A stretch of DNA of 64,000 nt from Octopus vulgaris (lineage: Eukaryota), in NCBI GenBank assembly GCA_951406725.2, contig OX597838.1:20026001-20090000 (forward strand), read 5' to 3'. Of the stretch, positions 24,601 through 38,600 are shown piece after piece. Positions within the stretch are counted from its first letter, which is position 1. Each line of letters opens with the position of its first letter. The translations under genes and the position numbers were made by a program. The notes beneath the pieces were generated by a model. The model searched no databases, was not told the DNA's origin, and saw nothing but the letters and a program-made list of their open reading frames with translations.

Positions 24601-27600
24601 TTTTTCAGAGAAGTAATGTCGATTGTCGAACCGAATTCTTCTAAGTCTACCTTAGAAACTGGAGATGGTTTAGAGTGAAATTTTGAAAGTTTGATATTAG
24701 TCGCAGATTCACTTTTACTTGTCATTTGGGAAGTAGCTGAAGAAAGAGATTTTGAAAGTGATTCAGCATTTGATGTCTGTTCTGGAATGTTCAGAGCATT
24801 CATGAGGTCCTGGTGACTTCCAATCCAGTTCATCACATTAGATGTTCCTTCTCTTTTCAAATGACTTGTGATCTAAAATGAAAAAAAAAAAACACATTAC
24901 ACAGTAATTATTTAGAATTAGTGTAGCTTTTAGTTTAGAATGATTAAGTTTAATGTTTGAGGCATTGGATGTAGTGTGCAAGGGAGAACACTGGGCTGGT
25001 ATGGGCGAAGACAGCTGCGTAAAAAAGTGCTGGTCTCTAACTGTGGAGGGGAACCTGTGGAAGAGGTAGACCCAGGAATTTCAACGAAGCAAATGACAAG
25101 TGACCAAGACTTCTGGTGATTTGCTGTGCTTGGGAAGACATGTCAAGCTTAGTGGAAACATAGTCATGGAGAGTGCCAGTGACACATTAAAGGCTTTTGT
25201 GCTGGTGACACATGAAACGCATCCAGTACACTTTGTGGAGTGGTTGATGTTAGGAAGAGTATTGAGACAGAGAAACCTAGAACCTGGTGTGACTCCCCAG
25301 CTTACCAGTTCCAATCAAATTGTAAATTAGCTGAAAAATTATTCTGCATATTGATAATTTAGGTGGTTTGCTACTTTTGGGATACAAACTGGGACCCTGA
25401 CCAACTCTAGCTGGGCCGACTTGGTGAAGTGGATGGATGAGGTGGAGTGGGGAGGCGTTGAAAGAGCAGAAACCCCCGTGAGACCCCAGAAACATCACTG
25501 ATGATGTATCCCAGATCATCCAAGAGATGCATCGTGAAACTAAACAAAACTCAATGTTATAGGGTTAATTAAAGTGGGGAAGCATGTGAAACACCATTTT
25601 CAGTCACTAGCATAGAAAACTAAAAGACTATGATGAGGGCGACTGGGCTATTACCATTATCATGGTGGTGGTCTATGATTGATGGTGGTAGTGATGCTGA
25701 TGACTATGATGGTGTGATGGTAGCACTAGGTCATTGTGATAACAGTGTAATGACTAATAATAAAGATATGATGATGAAGCTTAACAAGGACTAACTGGTG
25801 CTACTCTAGCATGTGGTCTACCACAATATCCATAGTCTATTAGCTGTGAAATGATCTAATCTGGATTAGGTTAAAGGTCAGGTTTAGTATTAGGGTTTCA
25901 GGTTAGGGTCAGGTTTAGAGTGAGGGTTAAGGTTTAGGGTAAGGGTTATGATCAGGCTCATGGCTTAGGGTAATGGTTTAGAGTTAGGGTTAAGGACTGG
26001 GCTAGACGGTATGCTAAAGTGTCAATAGCCAGGTAGACGGTATGCTAAAGTGTCAATAGCCAGGTAGACGGTATGCTAAAGTGTCAATAGCCAGGTAGAC
26101 CGTATGCTAAAATGTCAATAGCCAGGTAGACCGTATGCTAAAGTGTCAATAGCCAGGTAGACCGTATGCTAAAGTGTCAATAGCCAGGTAGACCGTATGC
26201 TAAAGTGTCAATAGCCAGGTAGACCGTATGCTAAAGTGTCAATAGCCAGGTAGACCATATGCTAAAGTGGCACCAACAAACTTTAGTAAACTGGTTCATG
26301 GTTTACAAGCTTGAACATTATTTCTTTAACAAGAGGCATAATATAGAAATACAGCATGAAACTATTGTTATTGTTGCTGTGTGACAAATGGAATTATTTT
26401 ACAAGAAAACAACTGAACACAAACAGGTTAACTCACCTGCTTTATACAATCATTCAGGGCCACAACTGGCTGAAACCGTACTGAGAACATAGCAGATTTC
26501 CAGTCATCATAACCCAATTCTCTCAGTGTTGGCGTTCGCTTCGCAGGTAATTCTTCACCAAATAAAGATTTCTCTTGTTCAAGATATAAATCAGATATTG
26601 GGAAATCTAAATCTAAATATTTGTTGAATTCTGAGAGAAGATTGTTATCTTTTGATGTCATTTTGTCTCCAAATGTACTAGTTGTTGATGCGAGGCTGAT
26701 GTTGTCAAATTCTGATGCTTTTCTCCTCATTTTCTGCCGTTTCCGTCGCCGCCGATAGCCAGTCATATCAAAAGGTGCTTTCTTTTTAAGCAGGCTCCGA
26801 GACGCCATAGAGCACTTTTTCTTTTTGCGCTCACTTGGGGGTAAATACAGACTGTCAGCTTCTGACACACTGGTAGACTCAGAGTTGTCTGGGTCTAACA
26901 ACAGAAGTTCTTTCATCAGCTTTGTATTGACATCATCAATACCAACAGCATCCAGAACAGGAGGAGGTATTTCATCACACAGCATTCCTTCTTGATCTTC
27001 TAGGAGTTTGTGACTCTGAGTATCTTTAATTTGCCTCTTCCGTAGTTTATGAAGGAATGATTTATATTTCTTTTCAAATTCTGAAACCTCAGCCACTTCA
27101 GCCCTGCTGCTAGCAGGTGCCTGGGGCTGCTCCCTGGCTTCAATAGTAGATTCTACGGTATTTAACAATTTTGACAGAGTCTCAGACTGAAGAGCAGTTT
27201 CCTACAAAACAAAATTTGGTCATTAAGCAATTTATATCATTATATTAATGCAATTAACATTAAATAATAGATGAAGATGATTCAGAAATATTTATATGTA
27301 ACTTTTGTCAAACTAAAACTATTTTAAAATTCATAATAAATGAGAAAATGACAAACAAACATTCCAATTTTAAAATATTTTCATAAAAATGTGGCTTTTA
27401 TGGTCCCTTTTTTAAATTAGTTCCCAAAGATACAATCAAATCACAAAATGGATTCTAATTCATTTTGACATCTACTTCCTGTGTATTATGAATTTCTTTC
27501 CATATCACAAAAATGCCAAGTGTGTATTGCACCTATTAAAAAGGAGGCAAATAATTTTGAAATTTCAAAATGTTTTGGCTTTCAGGAGGACGTTAAGTGA

Positions 27601-29620
27601 AGATGATGACTTTAGCTTTAATAATCTTTAAAAAATAATTTAGAGCAATCCCAGAGTTTCCACTTTCATGAGATTGAAATAATTTCATCATAAAAATCCT
27701 CTGTCAGAGCTGTAAAATTTTTTTCTTTTGCCTGTTTGAATTTTGGTAATGAAACAGCTAACTTCAATACTCAATGTAATCCAGCATTCAATGATTTAGT
27801 CCAAACTTGCTGAGAATTACATGGCTGTCACATCATTTAAAATTTGTTCATTTTCATGTTATTAAAAACAACCCCCCACTCACTCAAACAGAAGGAGACA
27901 TCTGATAACGTAGAACAAATGCCTATGATTATAGGTTTGCTCTGGTGGGGCTGACTGGGATCAGTCAACATACACACAGGCCTAGTTAAACAGGCATTAC
28001 TACACAGAACAGTTTGAAGGCAACAGCAATGTACTTACTTCTGTCTGGTCTGCAACAGTTGGTAGCAGTATTGTTGTCTTTAAACCTGTTTTACCAGACA
28101 GGGCTGTGTTTTTTATTTTTGGAGTGACTCTCACCAAAGCGCCCTGAGTTGAATTTGTCAGACCACTCTTGTGTTCTTTTGATGCTTTTAGTTTAGAGTG
28201 CACAACGTCTTTTAGTTTCTTCAGATCCTCCATAGACATTTTGTTCAAAGAAGGTTTCTACAACAGGAAATATTTTTTTTTAAATACTATTTTTTAAAAA
28301 AAATGATCATTTCTAACAAAAGGTACAAGATCACAAATTTGTGAGTTAGAGGAGTACTGGTTCTCAGTGCTTAACAGGTAATTATTGACTGCTTAAAACA
28401 GGCGTCAAGGGACTTTTTTAAGCAATTACCCCAAAATATATTTATTTTCTCTGACATTACCCCACTGATTTGAAAGGAAGAAAATCATAGATTCTTTGAA
28501 TTCAAAAGGCTCATTGACTCTATTTTATTGAATCTATTTACACATCCATTACATTGGACAGATGCAGTGTTGCCAGAAAGAAAATTTCTGTCGTAACAAG
28601 CAACCCGTTTTTTTATATAATTTTACTTATGTCTAATGAGTTCTCATTACCCCCAAGAATTTCATTTTTTACCCTGGTTCACCAACCCCGCTGCCTTAGA
28701 AAAATGAAAAGCAAGGTCAAGCTCAGAGAATTAGTTTAAACAAATGCAAAGGGACTTAACTACAAATCACAAGGCATTTTAGCAGACTCTACTGATTCTG
28801 TCATAACCACCTCTTCCTCACAATGAAATAAAAATTTTGCTTTCTTACTATGAGCAGAGGTTCAAACTTTGTGTTACATTGATTACGTTGTATGACATAA
28901 CTAATAGTCCCATGTTACATAAATGAAATGAAATAACTATCAGCTGTATTTCAAAGCAGGTTGCAGACTTTAATGATAATACTAGCATCAACAATGGTGG
29001 TCAAGTAGAATTGGTTCAAAGTCAGACTTTGGTAGTTTTGACCCTGGCATACTTGAGATCAAACCCTACTCAACATTTACAGGAACGTGGACATTGAGAA
29101 ATGAGAGCAATGAGAATAATGATAAGTGTGATGTTGAGGGAAGAGAAAAAGAAGCCAAAAAAATAGAAGACAGATGAAGAGCGAAATAATGATGAAAGAG
29201 GCACAGGCAGTGACTGTGTGGTAAGAAGTTTACTTCACTACCACAAACCACACAGCTCTGAGTTCAGCCCTGCTGCATACCATGTTGGGTGAATATCTTC
29301 TACTTCAGTCCTGGACCAACCAAAGACTTGTGAGTGGATCTGGTAGATGGAAACTGAAAGAAGCCCATCATTGCCAGTGGCATGTAAAAAAGCACGATCC
29401 GAACGTGGCCGATGCCAGCGCTGCCTTGACTGGCATCCATGTCGGTGACACGTAAAAAGCACCCACTAGACTCATGGAGTGGTTGGCATTAGGAAGGGGA
29501 TCCAGCTGTAGAAACACTGCCAGATCAGACTGGAGCCTGGTGCAGCCCCCTGGCTTCCCAGACCCTGGTCGAACTGTCCAACCCATGCTAGCATGGAAAA
29601 CGGACGTTAAACTACGATGA

Positions 29621-29661
<41 letters not shown>

Positions 29662-32600
29662 GTAAGTGTGTGTATTTGTGTTTCCTTATCTTGACATCAT
29701 GTGACAGTTGTAAATAATTGTCACTGTCATACAAGCAGTGTTGTTCATTTCTGGTATTCCACAAGAACATGTCTCACCATGGGCAAATATTACCTTGCTT
29801 GGAAACAGGTGAGGGTTGGCAACAGAAAGGAAATCTAACTGTAAAAAAAAATCTGTCTCAATAAATTCTTATCTGACCCATGCAAGCATGGAAAAATGCA
29901 TAGTAAATGATGAGGATGATGAGGATGAGGAGGAGGAAACAGAAAAGTGATGAAGAACAAGCTGAAGGTAATTATCACTGTTGTGGTTGTTATTGTTGTG
30001 CTTTAGACAGAAAGAAACCTTTGGAATTAAATACAATAGTAAGAAAAGACTAAAAAATATCAAAGTAAAGATCATACCTTTGTTGATTCTTCAGGTTTTT
30101 TACTCTTTAGTTTTGAAGTTAAAGACTTTTTATTTGATGAAGGTTCAAATGGTTCGTTTTCTTGGGAACTCAACAACTGCATCATCAATTCATGCATGGA
30201 ATTGTCCTGTCCCTTTATGTGACCACTGGGGGAACTCTCAGCCTCCGAGGAACTCTTGCTTGACTTTGGAAATGTTACTGAAGTAACACTATCTGATGTT
30301 TTGCTGGAGCCTTTCTTGAACAGTTCTGATTCGAACAGATTTTTGGAGGCAGATACTGAAGCCTTCAGAAGGCTCTTCACAGAAGATTTCTTTGGCATAT
30401 CAGTGTGATGTAGAGACGGCTCTTTCTTAACTGTCGGTAATCTATCTAGAAGATCCTGTACACTCTTCTCTGTTAGTTCTATTTCAGAGCTTTTCTTTTC
30501 ACCGATTTTCGTTTCAGTAGTGGAACCGGCTGGTTTTTTCTTGTTTAAAGCAAATGGTATTGGCTTTCTAGTTTTAGCATTACTGCCACCACCACTATTA
30601 CTACTACTACTACTATTACTAATAGCAGTAGTAGTGGTAGTGATTGTAGTAGTATTTGAAGTGTCACCAATAGAATTCATGGTGCCTATGTTGGTAAATG
30701 CTGTGCCAGAACCACCTGATATTTTATTATCACAGTTGTTTAGGTAGCTATTCCTCCAGTCCTTATTCTCAAAAAACTCGGACCCACTTGCATGCCATTC
30801 AATGTTTGCAGGTTTATTCTGGGAATTTCCTTCATACTGATTGAGATTCATGTTTAAGGCAACTTCTTCTTCGTTATGCTTCCATGGATGTTGGTCCCCT
30901 AAGCACTGAGGATCAACTTCATTCTGCAACAAGGGTCGACTGTATGGAAGTGGATACCAATTCATCTGGTCAGTTGGTTCATTGCTGTATCCAGGCATTG
31001 GGTTTGGTTGACCCCAAATATGGCTGACGTCCATTTTAATGTCATCGGTGTAAAACTGGGGCTTGAACTGTCCATTGTTTTCCATAGAAAAACTGGGATT
31101 ATCTACAGGAGGTGGGCAATGTTCTGCATCTAAAGGAATTTGATCTTGACGACATTTCATTCTTGGATCTGATCCAGATCTTTGAACTAAGACTTTCTGA
31201 GAGATATCAGGAAGAGGTGGCTGTGGCCCATATCCTAGGAATAAACTTGCTAGCATTCTACATTGCTCATTTGCAGTGTCTTGAGGAAAAACATTTTGAA
31301 GCATATGGTCCCTGTCTGATAAGCCTGGACCTAACAGAGGCGGTCGTATTCCTGGAAGCATTCGAATGTTAGGCTCGAGGTTATTTGGGACATTTTTAAA
31401 GGGGACTGGATGACGAGGTCCTTTTTTCCAATCGCTTTTCTCATCAGATTTTTTGCTAGGGGGAGGACCTTTAGTTGGATCGTAGATATAAATAGATTTT
31501 GAAAGTGATCCAGGTGTAATAGTATCTGCTTTTCGTTCGTAGGTTATCACAGCATAAGGAAGACAGTGTCGAGGGCGAGGTGCGGGCATTCCCTCATCAT
31601 CATATTCATACAAGTATATCTGAAATGGTAATGAAGAGTGACATTTATTTCGGAGAAAAGTGAAGGAGCTCAAGTTATTATAAACCTCATCTTTAGAGAT
31701 GAAATTTTTTTTCACAATGTATACTCTTTTACTCGTTTCAGTCATTTGACTGTGGCCATGCTGGAGCACCGCCTTTAGTCGAGCAAATCGACCCCGAGAC
31801 TTATTCTTTGTAAGCCCAGTACTTATTCTATCGGTCTCTTTTGCCGAACCGCTAAGTGACAGGGACGTAAACACACCAGCATCGGTTGTCAAGCAATGCT
31901 AGGGGGGACAAACACAGACACACAAACACACGCATACATATATATATATATATATATATACATATATATACGACAGGCTTCTTTCAGTTTCCGTCTACCA
32001 AATCCACTCACAAGGCATTGGTCGGCCCGGGGCTATAGCAGAAGACACTTGCCCAAGATGCCACGCAGTGGGATTGAACCCAGAACCATGTGGTTGGTAA
32101 ACAAGCTACTTACCACACAGCCACTCCTGCGCCTAATGTATGATATTTGCACAAAAAATAAGTTTTGTTTGATGTATTTAGTTTTAGCATTTCTTTTCAC
32201 AATGTTGCTACCACTTGCAAGCTCCAAGTCTTTACTGATTTTTCATTAAATGACTGAAGTCTTATTCATGGATGTGGACTTCCAGAGTCCCAGACAAAGT
32301 TTTTGACTAACAATGATAATGTATGCTTACAAAATCTAATAAACAATAATTCATTTAAAAGACTCAGACATTTACAACTAAAAAGGATTAGAATAGTACA
32401 GAGACAACTACAGATTACAGCTAAGAGGGAGTTAATCTAATTAGCACATCTATTAAATATTGTCAATAACTAAATATGATTTCAGTGTTAATTCTCTCAT
32501 TGTCTATACACTTTACATTAAGTAGCTATCTTTGATACTCCTACGTCTGTTTGTACTCACATTACTGTGACCTTTGGGCAAATAAATGACATGGACACAC

Positions 32601-35600
32601 CAGTTAAAATCAGATACAGTTACACTCATTCATACATTAAAAACGTACATTTATAAACCCAGTCTAATGTTACTTATAACCACAGATTATATCTGACGCA
32701 AAAACTACTTTCCATTCCATTCAACCGTTGTTGATGCCCCCATTGAATGAACAGCTCAGCATTAGACTGGTTCTAGGCCTACCTGTCCACAATGACCAAT
32801 TATGGGTTATACAAGTAACTCTTGACGTCAAGTTCTGACTATCACCACTTAGGAGAATTTGAACACAGACTAAAAAGAGTAAGGACCTTTCTGCAAGTCA
32901 TCTCATGCAATATAAATAATTTTGCTAATCCACTGCCCAGCACTGGGACTTCGTTTTATCAACCCTAAACGGATGTAAAGCAAAGCTAACCTCAGCAGTG
33001 TTTTGAACTCAACAGTGCAGAGAGCCAGGACAAACATTGCATGCCATTCTATCCGATGCACTAATGATGCACTCAGTTCACTGCCTTCAATAACCAACAC
33101 TCTACACTGATCATTGACACAATAATTTACAGTGTAGGACTAGTCTGACAACAATTTATACTGGATACCTAGCCCATTGCTTACATCAACAGAACTTATT
33201 GCAAAATAATTTGTTCAACAGCTGTTGTCTCAAAACAATTTTCACTAGAAGTCTAGGTCTAAGCCATTATCATCATCATTTAACATCTGTCTTCCATGCT
33301 GTCATGGGTTGACAGTTTGACAAGAGATGGCAACCCAGAGGACGGTGCCAAGCTCTATTGTTTGTTTTGGCATGGTTTCTACCGCTGAACACCTTTCTTA
33401 ATCCACCCCCAAGACAATTTATATTTCAGCTCCAGATCCAATCGTTTCAAAACAATTTATATGAGAGATCTAGCTTCTGACAACAAAAATTTACAAAGAT
33501 CCTTTATTAAACTGAAATATTTGCGACTTTAAGTTTTTACAACCATCGTCCTATGGACGATTCATGCAACAACATGTGAAGAAAGCCAGAAAAATCCACA
33601 AACCTGTGAACGTTGCATTTGAATGATATGAATATCTGAGAGTTGAGGTGGTTGAAGTCCCACATGGCAGTCATAGTTTGGTGTGGGTTCAATACTAGAC
33701 ATCAGTCGTTCGTTTACAGGTTTACATTTACCCGTTAATACCTAAAATGTAATAGATGAAAAAAAAATCAACATATCAATACATATGAAAATATATGGTA
33801 ACACATGTGTGATGATAGACAGGCAGATACAAAGTGTGATGGGATGAGGGAGTGGAAAGGAGAAGGGTTTCACTTATGTAAAAAAAGATTATTATAAGTT
33901 ACCAACAGCATAATATCATACAGAACAGAAGATATCAACTACTTGGTGTATCATTTTATTAGGAGGTTGCCATAAACCAGTTCAAAGAAGGCTTTTATTC
34001 AAACGTTATTTCTGCTCGCAATCTAATCCGTTAATTACTGCTGTTCAACGATTAAGACGCATTGTTTTATATTAAATAAAGATAGTATCCATCTATCAAC
34101 GTCATTTGACATTAAGCCGCATGTTTGTACTCAATACAAAATAAGGTAAAGGCGGCGAGCTGGCAGAAACGTTAGCACACCAGGCAAAATGCGTTATGGT
34201 ATTTCGTCCACTACTGTGTCCTGAGTTCAAATTCCGCCGAGGTCAACTTTGCCGTTCATCCTTTCGGGGTCGATAAATTAAGTACCAGTTACACACTGGG
34301 GTCGATGTAATCGACTTAATCTGTTTGTCTATCCTTGTTTGTCCCCTCTATGTTTAGCCCCTTGTGGGCAATAAAGAAATAACAAAATAAGATATCGATA
34401 TTTTTATGTATTATTTATCATTGTAGAAAGGAATTAATGATAGGATATTACAATTCATAACAGAGGTAGTCAACATGATCAATTTAATCTATTGGCATCA
34501 ACATTGCTATTCATCAATTGGTCCCAATGGATAGACGAAAAATAAAAGTAAAGAATAAAATGTGTAAACTTACATTAAATACAAAAAGTGCAGTTGTTAA
34601 CTGATTTGAAATGGTTTCAACCGTCTGCAAACTGACATCTGCATGCTTGGACAAATACACACCAGAATTATGATCTCCTGTTAATAGATTTGAAGCGAAG
34701 TTGTGACAACAATAACAATATCAATTAAACACAGAACATGGTACCAAAAATATGCCGACCTTCCAGAATGTCAAAACATGTTGGACTTTCATGTTGGAAA
34801 CTATATAATAGGTTAATGAGAGAATGGGTGGTTACACACTAAATTTCTATAGCAGCTTCAGATCCTAAGTTATTGATTTGGGAGAGAAGCTGGGTTCAGC
34901 AAATAACAAATCTTGAAACAGTCTGTCAAGAGACTCCCCCAACTCATTTTTCTTACTTTACTCAGAACCAGGCTTCGTAATATTTAAATTTATTTCAGTT
35001 CTTCTGATTAATGCTCTGCCATGCTTGAAATATATGTATTGCTTCATTAATGATGAGCTGTGAAAAGTACAGATATACAAATTAGGCTATTCACTAATGT
35101 GCTAGCTTAATTTATGATTGCTATATATATAACAAATGTAGAGGCGCGTGGCTTAGTGGTTAGGGTGTTGAACTCATGACCGTAAGGTTGTGGTTTCGAT
35201 TCCTGGACCGGGCGATGCATTGTGTTCTTGAGCAAAACACTTCATGTCACGTTGCTCCAGTCCACTCAGCTGGCAAAAGTGAGTAATCCTGCAATGGACT
35301 GGCACCCCGTCCAGGTGGAAAGTTTCTACGCCACTGAAACTGGGAAACCGACCCTTATGAGCCTGGCATGGCTCGAGAAGGAACATTTATTTATTTATAT
35401 ATAACAAATGAAGATTCTATGCCATTTATTGGGGGGAGAAGTTGGTACGTGTTGTCTGAGGAACAATCACTTTAGTAAAACTAAATATCAAAGAACATTA
35501 TCTAAACTGTGTATCATAATATATTATCAACCTCAAAGAGATAAAAAGTAAAATCAACTTTAGCATGATTTGAATGCATAGTCTTGCAAGCAGCATGGTG

Positions 35601-38600
35601 ACCTCAACAGTTCTGGTGGTATGTAAAAAGCACCCAGTAAACATGGTAAAGTGGTTGGTATTAGGAAGGGCATCCAGCCATAAAAACTGTGCTAAAGTAG
35701 ATACTGGAGCATGATACAGTCCTTGGATTCACTGGATTCTGTCAAACCATCTAATCCATTACGGAGATGTACTTGCATAGCAAGTGACCTGATCTGAGAT
35801 CGTGTGCTGGAACGAAAACAATTCCAGCACAGAATTTTGTCAGTGAACAGGTCGCAGCCTCAAAGCAAAGAAAATATTTTGGCAAATTAAATTTAAATGT
35901 TGAAGTGAATCTAACGGTTTTTGTGTATTTTCTTAAATGGCTTATAAACACCTTCCATGCTGCAATTGTCATCTAATCCATATTAGCATGGAACGTGGAC
36001 GTTAAATGATGATGATGATGAAGGCAAAATATGTAACGATATATTTAACTTACCAATGATACTAAATGGCAGATTATTGGTTGTTAAACCATTTTTGGCT
36101 ATCTTTGGAACATAGGAAGGGTCTCTGATCGCATAAAATGCAATTTGATCACTAAGCTCACGGTTATGTCGACCTTCTTCTTTTAATTCAGTACGCTTGC
36201 TTCTGTAAAAGTAGAATTAAATTACATTTGAGAAAAAACAAAAAGAAAATGTGAGTTAATGAAGAAATTTTCTTTAATAAATTTTAATTAAGGTAACTAG
36301 AGCTTTACAGTTTCAAAATAGAAACACTACCATTATGAACCAAGAAGGTTAACAACAACAAAAAATTTCAACTGAGAAAACCTAGAAAGGTTTTGTTGCT
36401 CTTTATCAGTTTAACATTCTTTGATGAATGCTTTTGAAACCAACCTGCTTGCAACCATCCTTGGTTCTATGATATAAATTCCTGCTTGACTAATTTTACT
36501 AAATTTTTTACTATTTTCAAAATTACTTGAAACAAAATCCGTGTATTTAAGCAGAAAGATTAATCCCTAACCCGGCAAAGATGAGTTGTCTTCACCTAAT
36601 TTGTCTTTTTCAGAGTGCGATGAGTAAACCTGTCCAAAACATATAATTTCAAAAACAGCCACAGACAATTTTATATGTCAATCAGCGGTTTTACTCTTTT
36701 ACTTGTTTCAGTCATTTGACTGCGGCCATGCTGGAGCACCGCCTTTAATCGAGCCCAGGACTTATTCTTTTTGTAAGCCCAGTACTTATTCTATTGGTCA
36801 CTTTTGCCGAACCGCTAAGTAACGGAGACATAAACACACCAGCATTGGTTGTCAAGCAATGCTAGGGGGACAAACACACATACGCATATATATATATATA
36901 CGATGGGCTTCTTTTCAGTTTCCGTCTACCAAATCCACTCACAAGGCTTTGGTCAGCCCGAGGCTATAGTAGAAGACACTTGCCCAAGGTGCCACGCAGT
37001 GGGACTGAACCCAGAACCATGTGGTTGGTAAGCAAGCTACTTACCACACAGCCACCACTGCTTCTATTTATTTTATTTTATTTTTTCTAACAAATTATGC
37101 CCAGATGTTGAGCTGAGAAGATGACAGTGAGTATGAACCTTCTATTAGAAGCTTGGATACATCAGATGAGAGTGCAAGCTCGTCTGATAATGGCTATTCT
37201 CTCTCAAGTGAGGAGGATAGATGAATTTGGTGCTGGAAGAATGCATGCTTCTTCCACCACCATGCTTCCCATTCACTAGAAATCTTGGAATATCAATTAA
37301 TCAAGGCACAGCTGGTATGATTTCTTTGGATTTTTTTAGTATTTTTTGTGACGAGAAAATTATTGATCAAGTTGTGCACATAACTATTTTATTGACATTT
37401 ACTTTTGGTTATGAAAATTGAAAACAAAATAAATAAATATATATATATAAAAAAAGAGTTTTGAGAAGGCATGCTAAAAAAAAGAGTAAAATAAATGTGT
37501 AATTCCCCATTACTTTTGATGATAAAGTTGGATAATAAAAAGCAATCAGTAAAAAATATTTTTAAAATACGGGAAGACGAGTTATCTTGTTTTTGCCAAA
37601 AAATGGCATCTTCAAAATAAAATTTCAAATAAAATATTGGAAATAGATAAAAACAAAAGTTATTTCCATAATCAGCACTAAAAATACTATTAGAAAAAGC
37701 AATAAAAAAATTCGTCTGAAATTGAAATGTTTTCTACAAAAAAAGTCGCTGGAGAAGGGGTTAAACGTGCAGTTGTCTGAACAAACATATTTGTCTGGTC
37801 AAACACATGGTGATCTAAGTATATTCGTCTCAAACACTTGTCTAATGAAATACATCTGTCTGATTAAACACATCTATCTAACACACGTCTGACTAAACAG
37901 ACTTGTCTCTCTTGACTTTAGCAATGTTACAGCTAAGCTTTTCATGAAATTATAAACAGTTATTTTACACAGAGAACTATTTAGTGTTCTTCCAAAATAC
38001 AAGAAGTACAAATTTTAGTAAAAACACAATACAGCTACGATAAAATAGAGAGGCAAATGTCTTTAACGAGCCTACAATCTTATATAATCTTTCTGATTAG
38101 ATGTGTGTGTGTGCATGCATAAGTTCAAGTCATTATAACATGACATTACATTTCAACAGGCAAACAATTGTCATTATGATTAAGTTGAAAGTTTTAATTT
38201 CACTAATCATCTAATTCTTGATTATTTTAAAAGTCAAAACACAAAATGATTGATCTAGTGTTTTATCATGTCTATTACCAACTCAAAATATATAAGCCGA
38301 TGCTTTCTTAAACCTATTTCATTGTGAATATTTATCTAATGCAAATGATTGAAAGAGAAATTAAAATTCCCCTGAAGTTCTTTTGCCTTAAGTAAAATCA
38401 AATGCTTTTTTACAGATCTATAAATAATAATAAAAGGTAAAATATATTTTTTTTTTTAAATACTAAAGTATGCTCAAACCTATAGTCTTGTTCCAGTTCT
38501 GTATTTCGGACTGAGTGAATCGCTTGAATCTGCCAAGGCCCACAATAATTTTGGTCAAGGTAGGACCGAGTAACGTTTGCAAGTATTTCTTTTGCATCTC

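Noticed and set aside
17998-24678. Several plus-strand and alternate-frame ORFs overlapping the giant exon
   Set aside because: Shadow ORFs of a long coding frame, with no splice or homology support.
25330-25540. Extra exon of the DUF3715 gene in intron 8
   Set aside because: The candidate acceptor gives an early stop in the required phase 0 and no convincing donor.
25865-25995. Interstitial telomere or chromosome fusion scar
   Set aside because: Short, highly degenerate and enclosed by inverted termini; better explained as element interior.
26003-26269. 31 bp repeats as a CRISPR array
   Set aside because: Units are contiguous without unique spacers, no cas genes, eukaryotic context.
31620-31892. 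N-terminal 91 codons of the 606 aa ORF
   Set aside because: Intron plus SINE sequence; DUF3715 similarity starts exactly at the acceptor and continues from exon 5.
35142-35225. tRNA genes at SINE heads
   Set aside because: A and B boxes are present but continue into SINE bodies with tails and target duplications; no complete cloverleaf.
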